Shown: positions 13,415 through 26,709 of the stretch, piece after piece | Numbering within the stretch: the stretch's first letter is position 1 | Layout of the letters: every line of letters starts with the position of its first letter | Position numbers and translations under genes: made by a program | The notes under the pieces: generated by a model | Told to the model about the DNA's origin: nothing | The model's database searches: none | The model's input: the letters and a program-made list of their open reading frames with translations, nothing else | Assembly: GCF_006345805.1 (NCBI RefSeq) | Contig: NC_043003.1 | Span: 61,504,001-61,568,000 of the forward strand | Length of the DNA: 64,000 nucleotides | Source of the DNA: Octopus sinensis | Lineage: Eukaryota | Reading direction: 5' to 3'

Positions 13415-14221
13415 CTATCCATAATAATAAAAGCAAAACTCTGTCTGTCTGCCTGAGACCTCTGTATCTCAGCCTACATTTGCTCTACATAATCATATTC
13501 TTTTCTACTCTAGGCACATGGCCTGAAATTTTGGGGAAGGAGGCCAGTCAATTAGATCGACACCAGTATGCAACTGGTACTTAATTTATTGATCCCGAAA
13601 GAATAAAAGGCAAAGTCAACCTCAGCGGAACTGAGTATATGAAGACAGAATATAAAACATTTCACCCAACATGTTAATGTTTCTGCCAGCTTGCCAAAGT
13701 TATACCTTTTTGGAATCAGGATGATCCCAGGATAAAAAAATCTGCCCTTCATTTGCTTCTTGAACATCCAACACTGGGATCTGATCTAAAAGCAGTTCAG
13801 TTGCTACTTCTAGCAGGTAGTGTTTGGCTGATTCCCATAATCTTGGTTGGTGTTTGTTAGAAAACGTTGGAGATGAAGGGGTAGATAAATGACATTCACT
13901 TCATTAATTTTACATCGAGAAAGCACCATTTGAGCATGGCCGCTGCCAGTACTGCCTGACTGGCCTTCATGCCAGTGGGACATAAAAGCACTCAGTGCAG
14001 ACTTTTAGGCTAGCTCCTGTGGAGGGCTAATTGAACTTGTGGCCCAAAACTAAAGAGATCTAAATAGCATGACTATAATACATCTACAATGACTATATGC
14101 CCTGTTGGTGTTTGATTAGGGGTTAAGGATGAATGAGAATTAATTCTGTAATGCCATCATTCTATTGTTCCAGTCCCAAGTTGAATTCCAATTGTTGGCC
14201 AATTTGTCCAAAAGTTCTTAT

Positions 14222-14705
14222 CATCATCATCATCATCATCATCGTTTAACATCTGCTTTCCATGCTAGCATGGGTTGGACGATTTAACTGAGGACTGGTG
14301 AACCAGATGGCTGCACCAGATTCCAATCTGATCAGGCAATGTTTCTACAGCTGGATGCCCTTCCTAACGCCAACCACTCTGAGAGTGTAGTGGGTGCTTT
14401 TACGTGCCACCAGCACAAGGTACTAGCAACAGCCATGCTCAAATGGTGTTTTTTACGTGCCACCTGCACAGGAGCCAATCCAGCAGCACTGGCAATGACC
14501 TTGCTCGAATGTTTCTTCACGTACCACTGGCCCAAGTGCCAGTAAGGTGACACTGGTAATGATCACACTCAAATGGTGCTTTTTGCATGCCACCAGCATG
14601 GAAGCCAGTCAGCTGCTCTGGCAACGATCACAATCAGATGGTGCTCTTAGCACTCCACTAGCACAGATACCAGAAATCGAATTTGATTTCGATTTTGATT
14701 TTGAT
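14222..14705 (-). mobile_element. RTE 3' end (tandem-repeat UTR plus terminal segment with (GAT)n tail)
   Basis: Same terminal segment and ~60-bp repeats as 21885-22400. Confidence 0.75.
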
Positions 14706-14904
14706 GCGTATGTTTGATATATGTGTGTGAGTGTGTATGTGTATAGGAAGAATTCACAAAAAAACAAACAGATGTATTAGTTTATATATAATGGAATAGT
14801 TACCATGAAGCATTGTGTAGAATATATTGTATAAAGGCTCATGGGTAAGACCAGAACTATGTGTAGTAAAAGCAAGGCAAATCACATAAAAGCAAATAAT
14901 ATGT

Positions 14905-15130
14905 ATTAATGTAGACTTACCTTGCATTTAATATTTCGAGGTTATGAACTCATTCTCAAGAAATTAATGAATGTTGCAGATGTGCGTGTGTGTGTGTGTG
15001 AGTGTGTAACTTCCCGTGCATGTCCACTCCACACACACAAACACACATGCACATCTGCAACATTCATTAATTTCTTGAGGATGGGGATCATAACCCCGGA
15101 ATATTGAATGCAAGGTAGGTGTACATTAAT
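14905..15130. repeat. Inverted repeat with ~100-bp arms
   Basis: CTCAAGAAATTAATGAATGTTGCAGATGTGC pairs with GCACATCTGCAACATTCATTAATTTCTTGAG; outer arms are more diverged. Confidence 0.85.
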
Positions 15131-15291
15131 TTATATATATATATAAATGAAAAAAAAGTATTGTAAATAAAAAAATGACTGGTAAAAATGTATAATGTAT
15201 ACTGAGTGTACAACCGGATGGGTGGTCCCTAATTATTCATCAGTTATCAATCAGATGGTATTACTCAATTTTGCACCATTATGTAATATAT

Positions 15292-15343
<52 letters not shown>

Positions 15344-15831
15344 TACATACATATACATATATATATATGTACATACATACATATACATATATATGTATTA
15401 TAAACATTTACTTACTCACATACACAGACACAAACATATGCACACACACGCACACATATACATACACGCATATATACTCGTGTGTGTGTGTGCATTGTTT
15501 GTGTGTGCCATTGTCCTGACATCTTGTTATGGTTATTAAAAAAACTATGACTGTCTTAGAAGAGATTCTGTTTGTTTCCAGTTTTCTGTGAAACACATGA
15601 CTTCCCATGGGAAATATCGATTCGCTTGGAAGCAAGTGAGGGTTGGCCAATGCAAACATAGAAAAGATGGATGCTAGGCTGGCTGTGTGGTTAGAAGCTA
15701 GCTTCCCCAATCACATGGTACTGGGTTCAGTCCCACTGTGTGCCACCTTGGGCAAGTGCCTTCAACTATAATCTTGGGCCGACTAAAGCCTTGTGAGTGA
15801 ATTTGGTAGATGGAAACTATATATATATATA

Positions 15832-15877
<46 letters not shown>

Positions 15878-17303
15878 TCCCCCGTAACCACTTGACAAAT
15901 GGTATTGGTGTGTTTGCATCCCTGTATATTAACAGTTCAGCAAAAGAGACTGATAGAATAAGTACTAGGCTTAAAAAAATAGTCCTAGGGTCAATTTGTT
16001 TGGCTAAAACCCCTCGAGGTGATGCCCCAGCATGGCCACAGTCAAATAACTGGAACAAGTAGAAGAATAAAAGAATATATATGTATATGTACACATCATC
16101 ATCATCATTTAACATCTACTTTCCATGCTGGCATGGGTTGGACAGTTTGAGTAAGGTCTGGAAAGCCAGGAGGTTGCACCAGGCTCCAATCTGATGTGGC
16201 AAAGTTTCTACAGTTGGATGCCCTTCCTAACACTAATCACTCTGAGAGTGTAGTGGGTGCTTTTTACGTGCCACCGGCACGGGAGCCCGTCAGATGGCAC
16301 TGGCATCAACCATGCTCGAATGGTGCTTTTTACATGCCAATATATATATATATATATACTCTTTTACTCTTTTACTTGTTTCAGTCATTTGACTGCGGCC
16401 ATGCTGAAGCACTGCCTTTAGTCGAGCTAATTGACCCCGGGACTTATTCTTTGTAAGTCCAGTACTTATTCTATCGGTCTTTTTTGCCGAACCACTAAGT
16501 GATGGGGACGTAAACACACCAGCATTGGTTGTCAAGCAATGCTAGGGGGACAAACACAGACTCACTAACACATACACACACACATATATGTATATACATA
16601 TATACGACAGGCTTCTTTCAGTTTCCGTCTACCAAATCGACTCACAAGGCATTGGTCGGCCCGGGGCTATAGCAGAAAACACTTGCCCAAGATGCCACGC
16701 AGTGGGACTGAACCTGGAACCATGTGGTTGGTTAGCAAACTACTTACTACACAGCCACTCCTGCGCCTATCATCATCATCATCATCATCATTATCATTTA
16801 ACGTCTGTTTTCCATGCTGGCATGGGTTGGATGGTTTGACTGTGGTCTGGAAAGCCAGTGGCTGCACCAGGCTCCAATAGAAATAAGAGCTAAAATGCTT
16901 GAAATGTAGGTGTTTCTATCACCCTAGTCACATTTGGTGAGAATTATAATAATCCTTTTTGGTGAAGCATTGCAAACTGCTGTTTATAAATCCCTGTTAC
17001 TTAGCAGTTCGGCAAAAAAAGACTGATAGAATAAATACTAGGCTTACAAAGAATAAGTCCTGAGGTCAATTTGTGTGAATAAAGGCAATACTCCAGCATA
17101 GCCACAGTCAAATGACTGAAACAAGTTAAAGAATAAAAGAATATATATATATTTACATGCATGTGTGTATATGTATGTACATACATATATATGTGTGTGT
17201 GTGTGTGCATTTATATGCATGTATGTCTGTAAGTTGTATTTATATTGACACAACAGATGTGATATTTTCCAAATTATTTTATAATTTTCCTCTTTGAATA
17301 TAG

Positions 17304-17527
17304 CTTGAAGAAGAAATTGCTGAGTTAGAAAATGACATTCGTGAACTGAATCTTGCAATTGCTAATAAAAGAGGTCCCATGAAACTAGCACAGACGCGCC
17401 TCGAGAACCGTACATGTCGTCCTAGTGTAGAACTGTGTAGAGATGCCCCGCAGTATGGTCTCACTGATGAAGTGAAGCAGCTTGAAGCTACAATTGCAGC
17501 TCTTGAAGAAAAACTGAAGCAATCTCA
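17304..17527 (+). CDS. TEKT2: Tektin-2 (tektin-B1), penultimate coding exon
   Basis: Acceptor ...tctttgaatatAG|CTT and donor CA|GTAAGT. Translates LEEEIAELENDIRELNLAIANKRGPMKLAQTRLENRTCRPSVELCRDAPQYGLTDEVKQLEATIAALEEKLKQS. Contains the tektin nonapeptide (RPxVELCRD) and the QYGLTDEVxQLEATIAAL segment I recall as typical of TEKT2. 224 nt, ends in phase 2. Confidence 0.93.
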
Positions 17528-17575
17528 GTAAGTATTTTCTGATGAAATATAAATATTATGAAAAAAGGATTAAGG

Positions 17576-17945
17576 CAGTGACCTGGCAGAATTGCTAGTG
17601 TGCCGGACAAAATGCTTAGCGGTATTTCGTCTGCCGCTACGTTCTGAGTTCAAATTCCGCCAAGGTCGAATTTGCCTTTCATCCTTTCGGGGTCGATAAA
17701 TTAAGTACCTGTTGTGTGCTGGGGTCAATATAATCGACTTAATCTGTTTGTCTGTCCTTGTTTGTCCCCTCTGTGTTTAGCCCCTTGTGGGTAGTAAAGA
17801 AATTGGTATTTCACTTGTCGCTATGTTTTGAGTTCAAATTCTGCCAAGGTCAATTTTGCTTTTCATCCTTTCGAGGTCAACAAAATAAGCAGCAGCTGAA
17901 CACTGGATGTCATTGAAATTGACTCATTCCCTCCCCCAAAATTGT
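17576..17945 (+). mobile_element. SINE family A head-to-tail dimer
   Basis: A full copy is followed directly by a second copy that begins inside the tRNA head. Confidence 0.8.
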
Positions 17946-19099
17946 TGCCCTTGTGGAAAAATTTGAAACCATTATGAAGAAATTATCATCTCCCTTGAAA
18001 TAACTGTGACCACAAGGAGACCATGAAGTTTAATTTTGTAATGTCTAAAATTATTAATGGTGTTTTTGTATATGACCATTCTCTATATATTTGAAATCCC
18101 TCTATATATTTTGAGTATAAAATTTGTTTTTATAAGGAAAAGTTAAACAGGCGTAAGTGTGGTTGTGTGGTAAGTAGCTTGCTTATCAACCACATGGTTC
18201 TGGGTTTAGTCCCACTGTGTGGCACCTTGGGCAAGTGTCTTCTACGATAGCCTCGGAAATAGTAGATGGAAACTGAAAGAAGCCCGTCGTATATATGCAT
18301 ATATATATGTGTGTGTGTGTGTGTGTCTATGTGTGTGTATGTTTGTGTGTCTGTGTTTGTCCTCCCAACATCGCTTGACAACCGATACTGGTGTGTTTAC
18401 ATTCCTGTAACTTAGCAGTTCAGCAAAAGAGACCAATAGAATAAGTACTAGGCTTACAAAGAATAAGTCCTGGGGGTCGATTTGCTCAACAAAAGGCGGT
18501 GCTCCAGCATGACCACTGTCAAATGACTAGAACAAGTAAAAGAGTATATATATATATCATCATCATTGTCATCATTTAACATCCGCCTTCCATGCTGGTA
18601 TAGGTTGGACTTTATACTCATGCCGACATGAAACACAAATGACAAATGATAAATATTGGTGATGATGATGATGATGATGATATATAGATAGTATTAGAAC
18701 TTTCTGCAGAATGTCAGAATTGAAAGAACAGAGCTCTATATTAGTCAATAGAGCTGAATGTGATGATCAATGTAGTCTACCAGCTCAGGAGTACCTAAGG
18801 TTTTGAGATCTATATTTGTTGGCAATTATTCAATGCCTTACACTCTCATCAGTCCTATATATGAAGGCAATTATATGTGTGTGTGTGAATGTGTGCATAT
18901 ATGTATGTGTCTCTGAGTGTGTGTGTGTGTGTCCGTGCATGTGTGTAGTAATAATGGTTGCTGGAATAAATTGCATTGAATAAATTGCATTGAAGCTTTT
19001 TATGAACGCACTCAAAAACAAACTTAAAGGTTATATGTACATATGTATGTGTGTGAGTGTATATGTATGTATATGTGTGTGTGTGTGTTTATGTTGGCC

Positions 19100-19545
19100 C
19101 ATGCTAGTGGGTGTGACCAGCCCATTTATGAGTACCCCTCATTCATAAATAAACTTTGCTTACGAAGACCTGTTGAGGCAAGTGAAATCAAAATCAAAAT
19201 CGCTGACATGACCGATGACAGTACCGCCTGATTGATACTTGTGTCAGTGGAACATTAATAGCACCATCCGTGTGTGGTAGTTGCCAGGCCTGCTGATTGG
19301 CTCTCGTGCTAGTGGCATGTAAAAAGCACCATTCGAGCATGATCGTTGCCAGCGTCACCTTACTGGCATATGTGCTGGTGGCACATGAAAAACATTGCCA
19401 GTGCAGCTGGACTGGCACCCATGCAGGTAGCATGTAAAAAAAAACCCTTTTGAGCATGGTCATTGCCAGAACCACCTGACTGGCCCTCGTGCTGGTGTCA
19501 CGTAAAAGCACCCACTACACCTCAGAGTGGTTGGCATTAGGAAGA
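19100..19545 (+). mobile_element. RTE 3' UTR fragment
   Basis: GAAGACCTGTTGAGGCAAGTGAAATC is shared with the 46800-46840 UTR, then ~60-bp AAAAAGCACC repeats and GAGTGGTTGGCATTAGGAAG. Confidence 0.75.
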
Positions 19546-20019
19546 TCATCATGATGATTATGATGTGTGTGTGTGCGTGTGTGTATATATGTATGTCACA
19601 CACAAGAAACATATACACATCATAAACACACATACATATGCACACATTTATACATATGAATACATACATAAATACTTATATTCATTGAATTCAACGCATT
19701 AAATTAATATTTTTATGAGAATTAGTAATGATGTAGTTTTTACATTTTCAAATTCATGTTTATTGGTTTTAGACAAAGTAGACAGGCACTAATCTGACGG
19801 CACAGCCATAATTATTTTAATATCAACAATTTCTACAACAGCCACCAAACATTATCATTACCATTTGCATAGAAATAATGCCGTTGAAAAGTAAGGAATC
19901 CTTGGAAGTCATTGAGGCTCTTAATTTTATCGTATTGTTTCTTGTTGAGGTGTTACATTGCGAAACGTAAGATAACAAATTATTGATTTGCTTTTGTAAG
20001 TACAGAGACATCAGTGAGC

Positions 20020-20400
20020 ATCACTATCATTGTCATCATCTTCAGCATCATCAATATCGCCACCATGACCCACCACCCGCTATCATCACCAACGTCACTA
20101 CCACCACCACCACCACCACCACCACCACCACCATCATCACCACTACCATCACTACCACTGCCACCGCCACCACCATCATCACCACAACACTACCACTACC
20201 ATCGCCACCACCACCACCGTCATCGTCATCATCATCATTATCACTACAATCACTACCACCACCACCATCACATCACAACTATCAATATCACCACCATGAC
20301 CACCATCAACGTTGTTATCATCATGATCATCATTACCACAACTACCACCACCACCATCACCATCACAACCACTACATCACCACCATCATCATTATCATTT
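20020..20400. repeat. (CAC)n/(CAT)n trinucleotide low-complexity tract (similar tracts near 160, 3510, 12110, 30270, 59385)
   Basis: Directly visible. Confidence 0.9.
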
Positions 20401-21884
20401 TAACACTTTCTAATGCTTATGTGATCAAGTGGGATAGTAATTTCCCAGTCTATCGAAGAACAATCAATCCAGACATGGTCACATGGAGAACTGGGAACAA
20501 GTTACACCTTTTAAATGAGCCATTTGTTTACAAACATCATGTGATGCGTCAAGCCACTTCAAGAAGCTGAGACATGCTTTTGCAGTGGACTGCAAGCAAA
20601 TGACAATGTCTGACACCATTGGTGAGGCCATTGTTCACAATCAGTGAGCACAAGATGAGAGGAAATACAAGCTCACACAAACACATGTATATGTGCATGC
20701 ACACATCCCATACACACGCACACACATGCACACACACACACACGCACATACAACTGTCATTTTTCAGTTTCCATCTTTTTCACTTGGTAGGCTTTGGTCA
20801 GCCCAGGGCAGCTACAGGATGACACTTGCCTAAGGTGCTGCACAGTGGGACTGAACCAGAAACCCTATAGTTTGGAAACAAACTTTTTAACCGCATAACC
20901 ATGACTGCACTCAACGCAGTTAAAAATATAAAATGTTACGACCATCATGGATAAGTTGCTGACTTTCTACAAAGATCAATTCAGACCAATACCAGAACAC
21001 TGTTCAGATTCCTGGAAGAATGCTGTTGTATGCACAAACACTTGAAAGAGAAACTAAAAGTAAATCACCTGATTGGAGAGCAATAAGTCACCTAGAATCA
21101 CACTATCACCACTGGTACAAAGAAATACAAGTTCTATCATCATCATCATCAACATCATCGTCATCATTTAATGTTTGTGTTCCATGCTAGCATAGGTGAG
21201 ATGGTACCACAAGAGCCGTCCGTGCCAAAGCGTGCACCAGACTTCTGTGATTGTTTTGGCAGGATTTTTACAGCTGGATACCCTTCCTAACACCAACCAT
21301 TCGGCAGAGTGGACTTACGTGTTACAAGCACAGACGAAGTCAGTTTTAGCAAGGTTTTTACAGCTGGATGCCCTTCCAAACACCAACCACTTTACAGTGT
21401 GGACTGGATGCTATGACAATTACCTGTGCTGCTCAACACTAGCAAACAGATTACCATTTCTGCTTCAGACCATCTGATGTACTTATCCCTTCTACTTAAT
21501 CCTCCTTTTATCCCTTCCCCGTCAACCCTGTGCTAAGCAATTTCCAAAACCTTTCAACTCTGAGCTGGTTTCCTCTGGAATTCCTTTCCTTGATCATATG
21601 GTTTTCTGAAAGGGAATTTGATCCATAGATATGTGATTTCTAAATATTGTAAATACTGATTTCAAATTTTGACACAGGGCCAGTAATTTCGGGGTAAAAG
21701 GGTAAATCAATTACATTGACCTCAATGTTCAACTGGTACTTATACTGTTGACTCCAAAAGGATAAAAAGCAAAGTCGACCTTGGAAGAATTTGAACTCAG
21801 AATATGAAGACTAAATGCTGCTGAGCATTTTGTCCAATGGGATAATGATTCTGCAAGCTCACTGACTTAAATATTGTAAACTAT

Positions 21885-22400
21885 TGTCATCCTCATCGTT
21901 GGACGGTTAGCCTGGGGACTGGCAAGCTGGGAGGCTGCACTAGGCTCTAATCTGATTTGGCAAGGTTTCTACAGCTGGATGCCCTTCCTAACGCCAACCA
22001 CTCCAAGAGTATAGTGGATGCTTTTTACATGCCACCAGCATGGGAGCCAGTCAGGCAGCTGTGGCATCGACCACACATGAACGGTGCTTTTTACATGCTA
22101 CAGGCATGGGGGGAGCCAGTCAGGCAGCACTGGCATCAGTCATGCTCGAATGGTGCTTTTTACATGCCACTGGCATGGGTGCCAGTCAGGTGGCACTGGC
22201 ATCGGCCATGGCTATGGTTTCACTTGGTTTAACAGATCTTTACAAGCACTGCATATTGCCCGACGATTGAAGGGTGCTTTTAAATGGGCCAGTTATGCGA
22301 CACTGGCATCGGCCACAGCTATGACCTCACTTGGCTTGCTGGGTCTTCTTAAGCACAGCATACCTCCAAAGGTCTTCGTCACTTGTCATTGCCCCTGTAA
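21885..22400 (-). mobile_element. RTE LINE extreme 3' end: last ORF2 codons, tandem-repeat UTR and terminal segment
   Basis: Minus strand AMTSDEDLWRYAVLKKTQQAK* matches the end of the RTE ORF near 46915; followed by ~60-bp repeats and TTGGCGTTAGGAAGGGCATCCAGCTGTAGAAAC. Confidence 0.8.
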
Positions 22401-23647
22401 ATTTCTGAATTTAAAATTCAATGCAGCCAATAGAAAAAACCTAAAAGCTGTATCTTGTATGATAGCTTTGTTTTACAACTTAATCTGTCTTTTGCGATTG
22501 TAATTCACCTGGCTATTATTATTTTTTCATGATGATGTTCTTCATCATTATCATTTAACATCTACTTTTCTATGTTTGCTTGGGTCAGATATAATTTATT
22601 GAGGAAGATTTTCTATGATTGGATAACTTTTGTGATGTAAACCCTCACCTGTTTCCAGGCAAGGTAATAATTTACCTTGTTTTATGGAAAACTACGAATG
22701 AACATCATTGCTTGTATTGTACTGATGGATGTTTACAACCATGAAGCCATGCATACACACACACCCACACACACACACAATATGTGACATGCTCTTTTCA
22801 GTTTCCATCTACCAAATTCACTCACAAGGCTTTTGTCAGACTGGGGCTGTAGTTGAAAACGCCTGCCCCAAGGGGCTGCACAATGGGATTGAACCTGAGA
22901 CCACATTGTTGAGAAGTTACATTTCAACCCCACAGCCACGCCTATACCTTAAGCAATTTGACTTAAGAAATGTATGTTATTCTGATGGAGGGATTACAGC
23001 CTGAATGCAATATGCTACATTCAAGAAACTGAAGTATTTGAATCAATAATGTTGTTTATCTATTTTTACCCCTTATTTTTAATTCGATTTCCATCTTCCA
23101 AAACTTTCTAATATTTCCTTAACCCTAAAGAGCACTTAAATCAGCCATATCAGGCACAAATATTCTACCAGTTTTATGTTCAAACAGGTCAGATCTGGCC
23201 TTTCACACTTATTCTACAAAGCCATTCTAAAAATAAACCACCACATCATTGAAATCTCAGTGGTACAAGATAATGCATGATCAACTCAAAACAATGTGAA
23301 TAATTTAGGCATCATATTTGACGTTAGGAAGGGCACCCGACTGTAAAAATCCTACCAAAACTGTCACAGAAGTCTGGTGCAGGCTTCTGCCTGGCTGGCT
23401 CCTGTCAAACTATCCACCCATGCCAGCATGGAAGGCGGACATTAAACGGTGAGGCTGATGATGATGATTTGAATGCTAATGGGTGAAAATGATTCATTAA
23501 TAAGTTCATAACTAAGCTAGTAATGAACTTATGACATGTCTGTTGGCAGTGACACACTGTGGATTTTTAGATGACAACTAATGGATCCTGAAAACAAGTC
23601 TCTCTACAGTATCATGTTATGAAACACAAGTATTTACCTAAAACATG

Positions 23648-24040
23648 TAGGAGTGGCTGTGTGGTAAGTAGCTTCCTTACCAACCACATGGTTCCGGGTT
23701 CAGTCCCACTGCGCGGCATCTTGGCCAAGTGTCTTCTGCTATAGCCCCGGGCCGACCAATGCCTTGTGAGTGGATTTGGTAGACGGAAACTGAAAGAAGC
23801 CTGTCGTATATATGTATATATATATAAGTGTGTGTGTCTGTGTTTGTCCCCCTAACATTGCTTGACAACCGATGCTGGTGTGTTTACATCCCCGTCACTT
23901 AGCGGTTCGGCAAAAGAGACCGATAGAATAAGTACTGGGCTTACAAAGAATAAGTCCCAGGGTCGATTTGCTCGACTAAAGGCGGTGCTCCAGCATGGCC
24001 GCAGTCAAATGACTGAAACAAGTAAAAGAGTAAAAGAGTA
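23648..24040 (+). mobile_element. tRNA-headed SINE, family B (~400 bp, internal TA/TG microsatellite), young copy
   Basis: GGAGTGGCTGTGTGGTAAG..GGGTTCAGTCCC head, CCTTGGGCAAGTGTCTTCT-type body, tail (GTAAAAGA)n. Related copies near 2225, 15675, 18150, 27545, 45030 and 54730 (+). Confidence 0.85.
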
Positions 24041-24754
24041 TATGTATATATACATGTTATATCTACTCATACCTAGACTGTGCCCTTGAGCAAGGCTCCT
24101 TGTTTCATGTTGCTCCAGTTTACTCAGCTGTAATGTATAGCAACCAGTGTGCTTGGGCAGCCCTCACTCCCTCCACCTGTCACATCTTGGACGTCCCACT
24201 AGGTCAATGATAAAATGCTGAGAATGTGTCTCTGTCTGCATGTGACCACATGGGCACTTGAAACAACTAGCGAATGCATTGTACATGTTACCAAACCACA
24301 TTCACTCATGAACGATGGCTGGTTCTACTGTTTAGAATTTTCATAAAATAATACTGCTGAAAGATTGTTTTTTCTTTTTAGTCAAAGTCCATTGGGTATT
24401 ATATGAAAACACATGGCTTGTCACTGCTGACACACATTATAGATTTGCCATCACTGACTTATTACATTGATATATATATATGTATATATATGTGGGTTGT
24501 GTGGTGTGTGTGTGTATGTATATATATATATATAATATATATATATAATATACTACACTCGCGGAGTGGTTGGCGTTAGGAAGGGCATCCAGCTGTAGAA
24601 GCACTGCCAGATCAGACTGGAGCCTGGTGCAGCCCCTGGCTTCCCAGACCCCGGTCGAACTGTTCAACCCATGCTAGCGCGGAAAACGGATGTTAAACGA
24701 TGATGATGATGATGATGATGATATATATATATATATATACATTATATATATATA

Positions 24755-24971
24755 CTCTTTTACTCTTTTACTTGTTTCAGTCATTTGACTGCGGCCATGC
24801 TGGAGCACCGCCTTTAGTCAAGCAACTCGACCCCGGGACTTATTCTTTGTAAGCCCAGTACTTATTCTATCGGTCTCTTTTGCCGAACCGCTAAGTGACG
24901 GGGACATAAACACACCAGCATCGGTTGTCAAGCAATGCTAGGGGACAAACACAGACACACAAACACACACG

Positions 24972-25003
<32 letters not shown>

Positions 25004-25175
25004 CATATATACGACGGGCTTCTTTCAGGTTCCGTCTACCAAATCCACTCACAAGGCTTTGGTCGGCCCGAGGCTATAGTAGAAAACACTTGCCCAAGGT
25101 GCCACGCAGTGGGACTGAACCCGGTGCCATGTGGTTGGTAAACAAGCTACTTACCACACAGCTACTCCTGCGCCT
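24755..25175 (-). mobile_element. SINE family B, young copy (related minus-strand copies near 5735/6370, 16335, 22785, 39230/40212, 58490, 59645, 61960)
   Basis: Reverse complement of 23648-24040. Confidence 0.85.
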
Positions 25176-26709
25176 CAATGTGTAGGTGTGTCTTTGTGTC
25201 TGTGTTAGTCCTCTCACCACCACCACTTGGCAGTTGGTGTTGGTGTGTTTATATCTCTGTAACTGAGCAGTTTAGGAAAGTAAGACTGATAGAATAGCTA
25301 CCAGGCTTAATAATATATGTAGTGATATCGATTTGTTCAACTAAAAACAATTCAACGTGGTGCCCCAGCATAGCCTCAGTTTATGATAACAGATGATATC
25401 ACACAAATTTCCAGCTTCAAAAGTGAAGATAACATAGAAATTTGTTAAGGTGACCACTTATTAAATATGCTGGCTGGACAATTGGTTGCATCACTATCTC
25501 TTTACTAATGCTGCACTGTGTCTATAGTCAAAACCGTTGACCTTTCAGTCCAGGGAATAAGGATCTGTGTGGCTGCTTGACTTGGTAGAAATAGCAGCAG
25601 AATCTCTCTCTCTCTCTCTCCCCCCTCGCTCTCTTCTCAAACTACACCCTACCACATTAAAATAGAAAGGACACATTGGTCAATGTAATCCTAGATACAC
25701 TGTGCCCCTTCCAGCTTTCAGTATTTGCTAATATACCCATAAGGTGAACGACAGAGAACTTCTGTGCAGTCACTCGACCTGCTAGAAATAACAGTCGAAT
25801 CTTCTTCATATCACAGTTTGTCACCTTACAACACAGAAAGGCTACATTCTATAATGTAGTCCAAGATACGTTATGCCTAAAAAAAAAGAAAAAAAAGACT
25901 GGTTGGTAATGGCTGGTATACCTTTAATCGTAGGTCAGCTCGATCAGGGTTAACCTAAGACTAAACATTAACCCTACAATATCCTCGTATAGCTGAATCT
26001 ATAACATACACATCATTCATAAAAGAGACTCAACTGACTGCTATATGAACTAAGTATATAAATCATAGACAAACATTTTGCTAGCATGCAGTGCTAACTT
26101 AATATCCTCCCATAGATTTAACTTGGGACGCAATGCAAACTCTAGAATTCCCAAGATGTTCCAACGAACCTGGGTTTTCTAGAATCCGTTACACGAATTC
26201 TAGAATTGTCGCTGTGTTTACGTCTAAAATTCTGTTATCTAGAGTTACTTCCCTTACACTATGTTATACAATCGATGTCGGTTCTCGCATTCTTTGCTTG
26301 TGTTTGCTTATATTACATTGTTGGATCTATTTTGTTTCGTCTACGTTGTTCACGATATTGGAAAACGCATGAACATCACACAATCTCATTCTTCTTCCCC
26401 GTAACCTTGTATCTTAGAAGTTAATCAGTTTTTTATCTCTTGTATTAAGTTATGTTGTATTATATATATGGTCTACCGAGATTCCATGTTAATTTTTAAA
26501 AGATTTTGTGTGTGTAGTCTAGAATGGAATTTTAATGTGACAAAAGAAATTATGATTTATACACAGAATTCTAATCGAAACATAGACACACAGGTACACA
26601 CACATGCATACTTGCATACATATATACTGACATATATATCTGATATATATATATATAAACATACATATAATATGAATATACATATACATGTATGTGTGAG
26701 TGTGTACAT

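Noticed and set aside
19983-20570. 195-aa Thr/His/Pro-rich ORF
   Set aside because: Derived from a (CAC)/(CAT) tract; the short unique tail has no recognisable similarity or splice support.
21990-22210. ~60-bp tandem repeats resembling a CRISPR array
   Set aside because: No unique spacers, eukaryotic context, no cas genes; they are part of the RTE 3' UTR.
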